A stretch of DNA of 64,000 bases, taken from assembly GCF_009914755.1 (NCBI RefSeq), contig NC_060942.1. One strand, 5' to 3'. This document shows, one piece after another, positions 12,728 to 27,090 of this stretch (positions within the stretch are counted from its first letter, which is position 1; each line of letters opens with the position of its first letter). Source of the DNA: the human T2T-CHM13v2.0 reference genome, Homo sapiens. Below the pieces are notes generated by a model. That model was not told the DNA's origin. It did not search any database and saw nothing but the letters and a program-made list of their open reading frames with translations. The translations under genes and the position numbers were made by a program.

Positions 12728-13583
12728 ACAGCATAACTCATAGCAGTTTATGGATGGGTACTGGGTTATAGACCACACTTTGAGTAACAGTGATCTATGG
12801 AACATTAGAATGGAACTAAAAATAGAATGGAACAAAAACCAGAATATGACCAGTACCCCAGAAATCTTTATTATGCCCTCACAATTATTAATCTCTCCTT
12901 TCCTCAAAGGTAAACAAACTATCCTGAATCCATGATGATTACTTTCTTTTCTTTATAGTTTTTCACATCTCTCTTTTTACATTTTATATAAATAGAATCA
13001 TAAAGCATATATTACTTTTTGTATGGATTCTTTTGCTCAAAATCATATTTATAATATTCCTTCAATCTCTTAGGTAGTGTTGTGGTTTGTTCGTTTTCAA
13101 TGCAGTAATGAATTCCATTTGTGGTGTACTATGATGTATCCATTTGAATATTGATGAACGTTTGGGTGGTTTTAAATTTTTGACTATCATGAATAATGAT
13201 GCTGTGACCATTTGCGTTCGTGTACATTTTGTAATTCTCTTGCACGTATAACTAAAGTGGAACGGTAAAGTCACAGGTTATATATGTTTAGCTGTTGTGC
13301 TTGCCGCCATGTAGTGTATTAAAAGAGTTGTACCAATTTACTCTTCCACTAGAAATATAAAATTTCCTTTTGCTTCACATTGTTGATAATAACAGTATTA
13401 TTAATTTTTAAATTTTTGCCACTTTAGAGAATGTAGAGGATAATTTTACTGTGGTTTTCATTATATTGCCCTGATTATGGAAAAGAAAAGGTTGAACATT
13501 TATTGGCTATTAAAATAGAGGCTTTACTTATACAGGTCTTTTGCCCATTTTTCTATTGATTTTTATTTTTTAGTGACTTGTAG

Positions 13584-13927
<344 letters not shown>

Positions 13928-14830
13928 TAACTCTTTCTTCAGATATATGTGTTGTAAATATAATCTCTTATAGTGTGGATACCTTTTAAAGGCATCTTTT
14001 GATGATAAACATTTAGTGTACACAGTAGTAGCACACTGTTTAAGTACTTTCCCTTTATAATATAAAAATGATATTATGCCATATTCACCTTTTACCATCC
14101 CAAGATCATTAAGATTTTACAGAAGCTTCGTTGCTTTGCATATCACACATAGATATGTTTTTTATTGTGTGAGGTTAGAGTCAAGTTTTATTATATTTTT
14201 CACTTTGATATTCAGTTAATCCAGAACCATTTATTGAAAGGAATGTTCTTTTCCCATTGGTCTACAGTAGCAATTTTGTCATTAATCAATTACTTATTTT
14301 TGTGTGGGTCTCTTTCTGGGCTCTTTCCTCTGTTTCATTAATGTAATTTTCTATCTTTGTACCCCTGTTACACAGTCTCAGTGATGAGTTTTATGGTAAT
14401 TCTTGCTACCTGGTAGAGTAAATCCTTCTACTCTGTTTTCCTTCAGTAGTGTCTTAGCTATTCTTGACCCTTCACATTACCATGTAAATTTTAGAATCAG
14501 TTTGACAAGTTTCACATAAAAACTTTGTCAGATTTGGGGATCACTGACTATCCCTCCATTTATGCCTGCTTTCATGTGTTTTACTTAATAGTATTTTATT
14601 GTTGTGAGGGCTTGCACACATTTAATAGATTTATTCCTATGTATGTGTTGCTGTTCTGGTACCTGTTCTAAAATTTCATTTGAAAATGCAACCAATATTT
14701 GTATTTTGATTTCTGTATCCACAAACCTTGTTAAACTCACTTATTAATTGTAATAATTCATCTATCTTTTGAGTTTTCCATATCTACAGTCATATCAACT
14801 ATGAATAATTATAGATTTATTCATCTTGTC

Positions 14831-15293
14831 TATTGAAGGTTAGATTCCCCATACATAGCCCTGAGACAAACATTCAGGTGTAAATGGTTTATATGGAAGT
14901 GGATCTCAGGAAACGTTGGAATGGGAGTAAAGAAGTGAAAGAAGATAGCTGATACAGGGTTCACTCTCAGGAAAGTTACCTTGAAAGCTTAATCCAACTG
15001 GGGAATTAATGAATCAATGTAAAAAATTGCATCCGAGTTTTCACATTAAAGGGGTAAGCAATCTAAAGTACTTATTGTAAATGTTCTGTGGACCTGCGGT
15101 TGAGGGATGTTCCCAGGAGTGAGTTAATTCTCTGGGGTGAGCAATTTCTAGCCTGCTGGTAGGACAGATGAAGTGACTCCAACAATGAAAGAAAGACTTC
15201 AGCAAAGAAATGAAGGTGCTAGTAGTTGGCTGGTGTACACTGAAGTGCTAAAGTCAAGGTGGTATAGATGCAGTACCAATAGCACCTACTACA
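14831..15293 (-). mobile_element. ERVL LTR, LTR33-like
   Basis: aggttagattcccc...ctgagac...ccaatagcacctactaca; perfect 5-bp TSD TTGTC (14826-14830 and 15294-15298). Confidence 0.72.
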
Positions 15294-15592
15294 TTGTCCA
15301 ATTCTTACAGAATTTCTTTCTTTCTCTTACATTGCTGTACTGGCTAAAACCCCTAGTCCATATTGATTAAAAGAAATGATAAAGGTCATCCTTGCATGCT
15401 GTCTGATTGCAAAGGAAAAGCTTCACCATAGGTTTACTATAAATACCTTTATCAAATTATGGAAGTTTCTTCTATCCATATATATTTTTAAATTATGAAT
15501 GAGTGTTAAATTATATCAAACATTTTTATTTATCTAAAGAGACAATAGTGTTACTTTTCTCATTTATTCTGTAAATGGGCTAAATTTCATTG

Positions 15593-15756
15593 ATTATTAT
15601 TATTATTTTTGAAACCTGGCCTCACTCTGTCACCCAGGCTGGGGTACAGTGGTGCCATATGGCTCACTGCAGCTTGGAACTCCTGGGCTCCAGTGATCCT
15701 CCTGCCTCAGCCTCCTGAGCAGTTAGGACCACAGGTATGAGCCACTGCACACATCC
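15593..15756 (-). mobile_element. Alu monomer (FLAM/FRAM-like)
   Basis: (TTA)n tail then a single arm with cacccaggct...ctcctgggctccagtgatcctcctgcctcagcctcc. Confidence 0.8.
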
Positions 15757-17441
15757 TGATGTTTGAATACTTAATTAATATTGCATTTCTGGAATAAACC
15801 CACCTTGTTTGTTTTGGTTATTATATTACCAAAACTTTTTTTAATATTTAGGTTTTTGCATTTATATTCCTATATGAGATTGGCTGGTATTTTTGTTTTC
15901 TTTTTCTTGATTTGCTCATTAAATTTTCCTAGGAAGTTTATCCTGGTTTACTGAAATGATTGAGAAGTATTTTTTCTTTTGCTATACTCTTGGAGATTTT
16001 GTATATTATTGAAATTATCCTTTCCTTAAATTATTGGGAGTATTTGCTGAAGACATCTGGACCTACAGTTGTTCTATATGGAAATATTTAAAATTATAGA
16101 TTTAATTTCTTTAATAGTTATATAAATATTTATACTTTTGATTTCTTCTTGTTTCAGTTTCATTACATTGTATTTTTAAAGAAATTTTTTTCATTTTATT
16201 AAAATTTTAAAATTTATTGACAAAGCATTTAATAAGAAATTTTTAGTTTGTTTATAATAAAAAAGACTTCTTCTATGCTCCTAACATTGGTTATTTGTAT
16301 CTTTTAACTTTTTTTTCCTTGATCAGTGTCACCAGGGATTTATTAAATTTATTGGTCCTTCCAAAGAACCATATATGGCTTCGTTGACCCTCACTGTTTT
16401 ATGGTTGTTTTCTATTTCATTGATTTATATATGTTATTTGCTTACTTTTCGTGTTTTGATTAACTTTACTATATACAACCTTCTGTCACCCTCAGGAAGA
16501 AAGTATTTCTAAAAGTCAGTCTCTGCATTTTGGCCTGATAATTATTTACTATCATGTTAGCACTTCAATATTTTCGAGCAGATGTTTTAAATTTTTGTCT
16601 CTAGCATTTCCAGTTGTACCTGTGAGAAAGTATTGGCCCAATTTAGCTAATCCACTATTACCCAAGGGGGAATGTCTCCACTGGTTTATTTTTTGACTTT
16701 TTTTTTTGGACAAAGTGCCATCTTATGTTTTTATCTGAAAGCCTTTCCAGCAGTCTTTGGATAGAATTGAATTCTCTAATTAAAACTGCATTAATCGGTA
16801 AAATAAAATGTTTTACAGGGAATGCAGAGTAGGGAAGGGGAATAAAGGCCTGAGACAGTAAGGCTGTTACCTCCTGTAATTGGCTTGCATCTGCTCTTAA
16901 GCTCACCTTTAGGTTCAGGACCTCATCTAAAGTGTGATGGGAGCTATTACATGTGAGGAGGAATAACATTCTAAGTGTTCCCATACCTTCTATCCCTTTC
17001 CTTTAATGTTTCTTGCAGCTCTTTTTTATGTGCCAGAACAAACTGATAAACATGAACCACCCACTATAAACTATAAACAAGAGTTGTAAATATTGGTACC
17101 TGAAACAAACGTATGGCTTAAATGTAACAAGAAAAACTTCAGATGCATACTTGCTGGGACTAGATAAAAAGACAGTGGCTGAAGTGAGGACAAAGGAGTG
17201 TAATCTTGTGGATAGCAGAGGGTGGGACTGAGGAACCATGAGATACACTGTGGTAAAAACCATTAGAACTGGGAAGCTTCATGAAAGCTGGATCAGTATA
17301 AGTGGTGTCTTTCATCGATGTCTGGTGAGACCAATTGCTGATAACGGTTAGTGTGTTGTTTGTTTCAGTTGAAATAGTCTAACCTGCATTGTATGATTCT
17401 ACCTTACCCTGGTGCAATGTATGCCTTGTGAACAGCCTTCC

Positions 17442-17482
17442 TTTTTTTTTTTTTTTTTTTTTTTTCTGTTGTTGTTGTTGTT
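17442..17482. repeat. Poly-T plus (TTG)n
   Basis: Read directly from the sequence. Confidence 0.9.
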
Positions 17483-17750
17483 GGATTGGGCATTTATTTC
17501 TCAGCATTTCCCCGACAGCAGAAGAGAGAGGTCTTGAATTTTTCAAGGGATGTTGGTGACATTAAGGTAAAGCCTCACTCCTGACCAAATTGTGCCACCA
17601 GAACTAATTTGTAGCAATTGTGTCGTGATAACAACAAAGCATATCACCTTCCCTCTATATGTATAAAATGTATACTTAAATGCACACTCATATATTTGTA
17701 ACTCATAGTTTTTACCCTTGCAGAATTTATAGTATAGTTCAGGAGGAAAG

Positions 17751-17799
17751 ACACACACACACACAAACACACAAAGACACACACACACACACACACACG
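17751..17799. repeat. Interrupted (CA)n microsatellite
   Basis: Read directly from the sequence. Confidence 0.95.
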
Positions 17800-18418
17800 C
17801 ATGTGCGCGGGCACACAAAGAAAGGCCATTGGGTTAAATATCCATCAATGGCACAGAAGTTCAAGGCAGAGAGTTGTAAAGAGGTGTTTATGCAAGATAT
17901 GAGATCATCTAGGTCTTAGAGGTTATAAAAAGATGAAGGACAGGAGATTAATAGATTAAACAAGATCAACATCTTGACCTATACCCTATGAACAATGGCC
18001 TTTTACTCGAAATAGCATATGTCCTTTAGCTTTCTACAGATTTGACTCTCACTGCTACACTATTTGAAATAGGATGAACTCATGCATCTCAGTTTAGATC
18101 TTTCTTCTTTGATTTCTCTACATTCTTTTTTTAGAGTTATTTTAGGTCTAGAATATAATAAATACTTAATTTAGATGTGAGATTTTGAGCCAGCACAAAG
18201 GATATTGTCTTAGAATAACACATTTTCCATAGAACATTAACGGAATAGGTTGCCAAGACCTAAATACCTGTAGTCAGGTGAGTTGTCAGATTGACTTCTC
18301 AGTGAGTCATTTTTGGTTGGTTGATGAACCATGACTGCCTTCTGTAGGTGGTTTATAGGGCTATAACTTCAGATGTTCTCAATTTTATCCTAGGTCAAGA
18401 AAGATAAGTCAATGGTAG

Positions 18419-18901
<483 letters not shown>

Positions 18902-19174
18902 TAGCAAACAATAAATTTATAATTCTGGGGGCTTCAATCAGTAGATAGTAGTAGCAAGAACCTATGTTTAGGCTTTCTGTGAGCAAGGAAAACAGAGAAT
19001 ATAATGGAGGTGATTAAGTTTTTGTTCTATAATATACTCAGTGATAATAATTTGGAGTGATTTTTTTAAAAAACATAAATATCTGGGATAATATCAAGTA
19101 GTTTTCTTAATGAAGTTTCTATTATTATTTCATGTAATCTCAATAAATATCACAAGGTAGATATTTTTAGTATC

Positions 19175-19600
19175 AGTATAATTTTTACTAGTTTGGAATA
19201 AGTTTGGTTGTTTGAAATAAAAACTCCACTGAAAGTGGCCTCAATAACAGAGTTCAATTAACAAAATCTCTCATTATAAGAAGTTCCAAAAAGGTGGCTC
19301 CCAGACTGGTTAATTCAGCAGTTCAACTCCATCAGGTCTCATTTCTCTTTTTTGCAGTTCTTTTATCTTTGTTTTCATGATTCATGGTTGGAGAATATTG
19401 GATTCAAACATGACCTCCTCACACAATAATATTCAATGCAGGTAGGAAGTGGGGAGTGTCTGGGGATGGTCTTCATATGCTTCACTCTGTATTTATCAGG
19501 GAGGCATATATTTCTAAGAAATCTTCAGCAGTATTTCTCTTTGGTTTTATTTGGTTTTGTACTTTCATCTTGCTGTTGGGCTGAGAGACTGCCTGCCAGT
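19175..19600 (-). mobile_element. Old MLT1 (MaLR) LTR relic
   Basis: tttggttgtttgaaataaaaactccactgaaagtggcctcaataa resembles the MLT1K/L antisense end. Confidence 0.4.
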
Positions 19601-19800
19601 ATTTGAGTGGATTTGGGCATTTCCAACCAGAATAAAAAGGCAAGGGGAATTGTGATCAACAGTATAACTGCCATATTTACCAAGACTGACAGACATACTA
19701 TGGTCTTTTAATATTCTTGTAGGCTTTATTTTGAAGGTGTCTTGTCATGGTAATAGAGAAGTAGAGAGGAATTGTTTTGATATTAATGACAATATAAATT

Positions 19801-20055
19801 ACAATATTAATTGCTCTCACTTATCAGCACCTACCTTCTCCTAGGAACTGTGCTACTTGGTATTCTTTGCATAGATTATTTCATTTAATCTTTTCCCCAT
19901 GAGACAGTAAATATAATTCATCTCAACTTATAGATGAGAAAACAAAGACTTAGAAAGGTGAAATAATTTGCTCAATATCTCTCACGTGGAAAAGAAAAAA
20001 CTGAGTTCAAACCCAGGCAATCAGTTTTTAGATTATGAGTTCCTAATGACTTACC
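19801..20055 (-). mobile_element. MIR SINE
   Basis: tcatttaatc...tatagatgagaaaacaaagacttagaaaggtgaaataatttgctcaa...ttcaaacccaggc. Confidence 0.8.
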
Positions 20056-21241
20056 ATTCTACTTACCTGTGAAATAATTGTGTTTCTCCAGGAAGTCATT
20101 GGTTTTCTCCTCTCTGAAAGGATTGGAGTGTTCAGAAAAAAGTTCAGGGCCCACACTGACTGCTTGAAGACTTGTGTTTCCATAAGCTGTGGCTGAATCT
20201 ATCTCTCAGGGTCAGATCCTGGCAGAGAGAACAGAAATGACCATGTGCAAATCAATTGCTGAGATATGAAGGGCTCCTGAAAGTCTGTAAGATTGTCAAA
20301 GAAATAAATCTTGCCTCTTTTGTTCAGAATAGTATTCCCAGTCCTAGCATACCACCTGCTAGGCTTCTAAACAATATTTATTTATTTATTGTTTTTACTA
20401 GCTATTATTGCTTCTCTGACATCTCACTGCATGAAATGATAGATGCAAGCATTTGATTTAAAGCTTTTCTTTTTTACTATATTTTAAAAATACTAACAAT
20501 TTAAAACAATTCTCTGAAACACAATAAATAAGCCATTTTTAGATATAAATTCATTAGATCCTTCTATCTCTTTTCTTTAGGATATTTAATTGAGACTTAA
20601 GACTTAATCAGGATAACAAGAAAGGTAGTTATGGAATAGAAGTAGAGGGGAAGTATGAGGATGTTTAGAGGTTGAATATTACCCAACAGGGATGAGTGTG
20701 GATAAAGCACTAAACAAGGTGGCTTAGTAACATTGAAGCCTTGGATTGTTGGGATATGTGTCACCAAGAGAGGAGAGAAGACCACTGTTATTTTGATCAG
20801 TGTTATTTCTACCTGAACTATGAAACTACCAAAACTTACTGAGATGTAATAGAAAGAATCTCAGATAGAAAGTTAAAGACCCTTAATTTTAGACCTGATT
20901 CTATCAGAAACTTCTTCAGTGACTTTTATACATTTCTCCACTGAAATGGAATTAAAAGTTTTTTTCTGGGATACAAGAAGCAAAACTGATATTCTGTGAT
21001 TCTGAGAGAATGGCCTAATTTACCCATTCTAACTAATCAGACGTGGCAAATGTGTGACTAACACACAGGTCAACACTCCTAGCCCTACTCCTATTGTGAG
21101 CATCACTAATCAAGTGCTGCATTATTTCCTGCTTAATTGGGATTTAGCCTCAGAAATCAACACAGAACATCAAGAGGCCTCTGCTTTTCAATCTAAGCTG
21201 GCCACATAGAGCAAAAATAAAAAAAAAAAAACTCACTTTTT

Positions 21242-21598
<357 letters not shown>

Positions 21599-21630
21599 TT
21601 AATGCTGATATCACTTATTTAAAATAATTT

Positions 21631-21759
21631 ATTTTTTTCTTTAGAAATAGAATCTCGCTATTTTTCCTGGGCTGGTATTAAACTCCTGGCCTCAAGCAAT
21701 CCTCCTGACTCAGCCTCCCAAAGTACTGAGTGTATAGGTGTGAGCCATCACGCCTGGCC
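21631..21759 (-). mobile_element. FLAM_C-like Alu monomer
   Basis: Single left arm ctcctggcctcaagcaatcctcc...cgcctggcc; flanking tttaaaata repeats. Confidence 0.82.
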
Positions 21760-21782
21760 CTCTTTAAAATATTTTTGTTGTT

Positions 21783-22556
21783 ATTTTAATTTTCTTTTGC
21801 TGCTGTAAGAAATTACCACAATTTTTGTGGATGGAAACAAAACAAATTTATTACTCTACAGTTCTAAGGTCAGAAGTCAAAAATGTAGGTATCAGCAGGC
21901 AGGGCTGTGTTCCTTCTGGAGGCTCTAGAGGCAAATCTATTTCTTTGAGTTTTCCAGCTTCTAAAGATCACCTCTGCTCTTTGGTAGTGGATCCTTCTTT
22001 CATTTTCAGAGCGAGCAGTGTAGTATCTTCAAATCCCTGTGACTTCTGCTTTCATATCTTATTTTCTGACTCTGCCTCTCCGTTATGAGGACTCTTGTAA
22101 TTACACTTGGCCTGCTAAGATAATGCAGAATAATCAGCCCCTCCCAAAACTCTTAATCACATCTACGAAGTCCTCTTTTTCATATCAGGTTCTGAGGATT
22201 AGAACAGGAGCTTTTTGTTCTGTTTTGTTTTGAGGCAGAGTCTTGCTCTCTTGCCCAGCCTGGAGTTCAGTGGTGTGATCTCAGGTCACTGCAACATTTG
22301 CCACCCGGGTTCAAGTTATTCTCATGTCTCAGCCTCCTGAGCAGCTGGGATTACAGGTGACCACCCCCACACCTGGCTAATTTTTGTATTTTTAGTAGAG
22401 ATTGAGTTTTCCCATGTTGGCCAGGATGGTCTCGAACACTTGACCTCAAGTGATTTGCCTACCTTGGACTCCCACAATGCTGGGATTACAGGCCTAAGCC
22501 ACTGTGCCCGGCCTGAACAGGGACGTCTTTCAGAGGGCATTCTTCTGCCTACCACA
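21783..22556 (-). mobile_element. MLT1B/C-like MaLR LTR split by an Alu
   Basis: gctgctgtaagaaattaccaca...ccttctggaggctctagaggc...ttctgcctaccaca. Confidence 0.8.
22212..22513 (-). mobile_element. Alu, AluSz-like, nested in MLT1
   Basis: Full dimer; tgacctcaagtgat; flanking gaacagg repeats. Confidence 0.92.
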
Positions 22557-24369
22557 GTGATTAAAGTCTTTCCAGAGGCCCTCTTTTATATGTTATTTAC
22601 TGCCTCTAGCATATTGTGTTAAATATTCTCAATTATAGAAATCTATGTCATGTAACAAAATATCTTTCAGAATCAAGTTTGATCATCAAACTAGGCAAAA
22701 CTATTTTAGGTCGAAAATGAGATTTACCTACAAAGTAATGAGACATTTTCTTTTGGAGCTATGAGTCTGGTTCTGAAAACATTTCCTAAGGGGGTTACCC
22801 AGCAATATAAGAAAGAGCACTGCTGTTAAAATAAGTGTAAATGTCCCAAACTGAGTGTTTCAAAAGGCATAGTCATGCAGATGGTATATTATAGCACCAA
22901 GGAGAATGACTGAGTTTAGAGAGGTTGAACTGCTCTTCCCTGTAACATCAGCACCTATCACAGTGCCTCACTCATACATAACACCAAATGGTTGAATTAG
23001 TAAAATAATGGTATAGACACCCAATACATGTGGAAGTGAGTTGACAGTTCTAAAACCTTATAAAAATGGGAAACATCTTTATGAGCATCCCCAAATATTA
23101 AGGATGACCATGATATTAATATTCAAGCAGATAAAATCTATTTAAAACATTTCCTAACTATCTTGTCTCCTTAAAGGTGTTGCAATTTAAATGAAGAGAG
23201 AATAACAGGGATTGGCTCACTTCTATTGTCTGCTTTTCTGTCTTAATCAGATTTCACAGTAAAAAAAACATAGCATCCTTTAAAGGAGGAAAAATAAGTG
23301 CAGTCCTTGGTGATTTTAATCACTTCTTAGCTGCTTTCCTGAGAAAGCCCCATCTGCCCTTCTAGTCCATCTGCTGGTTGTTAACACTTAGTCAGTCACT
23401 TGACAAATCCAAAATCTGAACTGAGAGGGGGGAGGGGGATGTGAGATCATGGTTTCTGATGATTACATGTTGTGATTGACACACACACACACAAATCAAG
23501 ATGCCTTTGTTCAGGCTCAGCTTGAGCAGGACCTGGAGCCAATTTTGCCCAGGAATGTAATGTCAGTGTGGCTAAGGGAAGATGTACCATGGCAAATGTT
23601 CATGGTTTTGCTGGACATTCCTTTGTTCAAGAGTTAATTTTTCTTGTCATGAAGGCTGGTGATCAAATTATTTGATCATTTAATCACCAGTACAATAAAA
23701 AAAGAGATGAAATTTGATCCAGTTTCTTGATAGAAAACGTGGCTGTTGGACTCCTTAGACTGATTTATTTAACACCAATATCTGTCAACATTCAGAACAG
23801 ATTCTTGAACAGATGGCTTGAATGTACTTAGAAAAGGAAAGGCTGTAGACTCTTCTATTTGAAAAGGGGCATAGTAACTATCCAGGTGGGTCTTACTCTA
23901 CAGCCAGGAAAACCAAAGTTTAGCAAAGTTAAGGGAGCTACCACGGGCCATTTCTAATGCTTATCAAACACTATTTACACAGTAGCCTTTTGTCTGGTGG
24001 AGTAGAGCACATTCTTCCATATAACCCTTGAACCTTCTTCTTGCAGTCCACATTTCTGAGCTGTGGAAACTCCACATGGGACCTCCAGCTGATGTCCCAC
24101 TTCACCTGACATATTTTCACTTTAGCTTGAAGCTTTTAGCAATGAGATAGCTGTCAATTTCAGCTTGAACAAAATCAGTTTATGTGATCATCTCTTTGGG
24201 GCAATACATTTTATTGGATAAGTTCAAGATGCAAACACCTGACTAAATAGTAACTTGTGTGGAAAATACTTGTGGACATTTCTTTAATTTGAGCCAAAAT
24301 TATAAGTGATATTAAAATATCACATTATATAATATGATAACATAAACTTAGAGTTTATTACTAGCAATA

Positions 24370-24800
24370 TAATGCCATGATTAAGAAAACTAGCTATTCC
24401 ACTCAAATATGCATTGGTGGTATGACATTTAGAGTATTGTGCTTTGATCTGATGATCACATTCAAGAGAAACTTTGATAAAATTCTTAGAGTCCAGAAGA
24501 AGGTCAAATGAATGATCAGGTTGGCTAAAAACCATGTTATATGAAGAACAATACATAGAATGAGAAATGTTTGACTAGGAACAAAAACATGTGAAGAGAA
24601 AGACATGGTATCTGCCTTCAAGTAAATGCAGTACTATCAGTTAAAATAAGTTGGAGTTGGTTTGTGTCACTTCAGAGAACATAACTAAGACTTGGTTGGA
24701 AGGTGCTGCAAAGCAGATTTTGTCTTAGTACAAATAAGAAAGAATTTCTTGAAAAGTAAATCTGCCAACAGCATAATGTTTAACTGCCTCAAATAAAGGC
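24370..24800 (+). mobile_element. L3/CR1 LINE relic (ORF2 3' part)
   Basis: agagtattgtg...gtccagaagaagg...aaaccatgttatatgaagaac...gacatggtatctgccttcaa. Confidence 0.7.
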
Positions 24801-24879
24801 CAGAATGCCTGGCATGAGTAGAGATGTCTTTTGAGGAAGGAGTTTCTTTAAGTTTCACCCAATTTAGATGCTAAGATAA

Positions 24880-25360
24880 GGAATTTCCGAGGATCTACTA
24901 TGTAAAATGCACTGTTAGATTGTATGGAGTTTCAAAAAGAAGTATACAACAAAGTTTCTTTTTTAAGATGCTTATACTCTAGTATGAGAATTAAAATATG
25001 AAAACATGAGCATCTACCGTAGCCTTCTGGAGAATATGTGTTATCTAATTAAGAGAATGGGATAATCACAATAGACAGGGAAAGTCAGAAAAGAATTCAT
25101 GGGAGAGGCCTTAAAAAAAAAAAAAAAGAATGGTAATAGAAAGAGTGATGGGAATTGTGAGGCAGATAAGTTGTGAAAGTGTGACTATATATGCTGTGAT
25201 CAGAGAAACTTAGTCCAGGTTATTGGGTTGTTTTGGGAGAGTTGAGACCATAACAATAGAGAGATGATTGTGAATAGATTTCAGTATAACTTGAAAGGCA
25301 TATTTAGGAATTTAAACTTTTATTTTTATGCAGTTGGTAACCATTTTGTGCCTTTGCATG
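24880..25360 (-). mobile_element. L2 relic
   Basis: atctactatgtaaaatgcactgttag...cttatactctagt. Confidence 0.5.
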
Positions 25361-26164
25361 GATAGGAAATGGTAGGATGAAAATGGTATTGAAAGAAAAA
25401 GACCTGGATGTGCTTGAATAAGGAGAAGCTGAAAGCAGCAAGCACAATGAAACAGGCTGCATCCTTGGAGAAACACAGACAGCATTCTCGGAATGGTAAA
25501 TATGCTGTGGGTTGCTTCAACCACTTCAGGCATCAACAATTGCCTTGACACTCATTTAGCAACTTGTCTATGTCAAATAATGAGAGTTACCTCTTTGGAG
25601 CCTTTAGCAACCTAGCAACTACAGAGCCATAACAATGTTGTTTATCATCTCCTTGTCCAGCCTAATGATGCATGATTCTGTTGCTTCTTAGAGTGAATTG
25701 GAAAAAAAAAAAGTCTGTTGGAACACACAGGAATTTTACATTTTTCAAAATAGACAAGGCTATTAGCCTCCTAAGTCTGAGAACTCATTTTCATTTCTAA
25801 TTAGTTTCTAGAATCGTCAGAGAACACACGTCTTGCCACTTTACTATATTCTGGGGCTGAGTAAATGTAACAGGGGCATGGAAAAAACTCTCTTTCTGCT
25901 CATCATAATTTCTGAGCATAGGTAAATAAGTAGGATCTTTACATTGATATTAGCTGTGGAGATATAAATGTCAGTAACAGTCACATAGTATTCCAGCTCG
26001 GTCAAATCATACTGTAACCATCATATAAATCTTTCTTGCTTCAGAAATGGTTTTCTACTTGTTTAATTTCATATTAAATTTCCAAGATTCCTCTGCTTTG
26101 CAAAATCCTTTCTCGTTTTATCTTCACAATAATTCCCTAATGAATTCAGATAGAAACAGCAAAA

Positions 26165-26570
26165 GAAAATTGGATTTTGAATCAGGAATCCAGAATTTTA
26201 GTCTTCTCTCTGCTGCAAACTTGCTATAATGCCTTGGTATAGTCATCTAAGTTTTCTTCTTCAGTTTTCTCTCTTTTTACATTAAAAACAGTGGCATTCC
26301 TTTTTTTACATAAAAGTATACAAAAACTTTTTACATTAAAAATTTCAATATGCAAACACCTGAATAAATAATAATTTGGAAAATACTTGTAAATATTTCT
26401 TTAATGAGAGCCAAAATTATAATGCCCAAGCAAACAAATAATGCTGCTTTATCTATTTCAAATAAAAAACCCCACATAAGCAAATTCTGTTGCTCTACCT
26501 ATTTCAAATGTGGTTGTGAGCATCCAAAGAGACAGAAAAAGATAAGAGAGCATTTTGATAAATATTACAC
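26165..26570 (+). mobile_element. MIR (MIR3/MIRc-like) disrupted by a ~200-bp patchwork insert
   Basis: MIR 5' part ends tcagttttctct at ~26272; resumes ctctacctatttcaaatgtggttgtgagcatcc at ~26493. Confidence 0.6.
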
Positions 26571-27090
26571 CTGTGCTTATGACTGTCATTATTTTCAGAA
26601 TTAACACCAGTGTAGGAGGAGAGATTATAAGTATGAGAAGGAATTGTGAAGGTTATCCTGAACTCTGTTTTATTCCTCACCTACTGCACTGAAAATAGCT
26701 AAGCAAGTCATTGAAGTTCTTGGAAACTTCACATTTTAAAATCAAAGATAACAGAGTGGAAGAAATAGACCTATGCACATGTATAAATTGAGAGGGGACA
26801 TAAAACTGGGATGAACTCATCAAAGGAAATATTTTAATTATATTTCTTTTATTAAAATCACAAAGCCCAAGCTGTATGAGTTATATTAAAACATGAAAAA
26901 AAGAATAAAAAAAAAAGAAAAGCAGATAAATAAATTAAATAAAGAAAGATAAAAAACCAAACAGGCCTATGAGGATTTATCTGGTGACCAGGAGCATTGC
27001 CAGCAGCTAGTGTAGAGTATTTGAGCATGTAAATCTCATAACTATGCCCCTTTTATGTATATAGAGGGATCCAATTTGAAGAAAGATACT

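Larger units (their letters stand above)
10639..12792. mobile_element. hAT-Charlie MITE (MER5C-like), split: 10639-~10960 and ~12745-12792
   Basis: Left end gtgcttttcaaactatctgt; right end gaccacactttgagtaacagtg; degenerate terminal inverted repeats. Confidence 0.55.

Noticed and set aside
26419-26433. 15-mer ataatgcccaagcaa shared with the start of the 82-bp duplicate (8542 and 9461)
   Set aside because: The placement is curious, but a few exact 15-mer matches are expected by chance in 64 kb and the match does not extend
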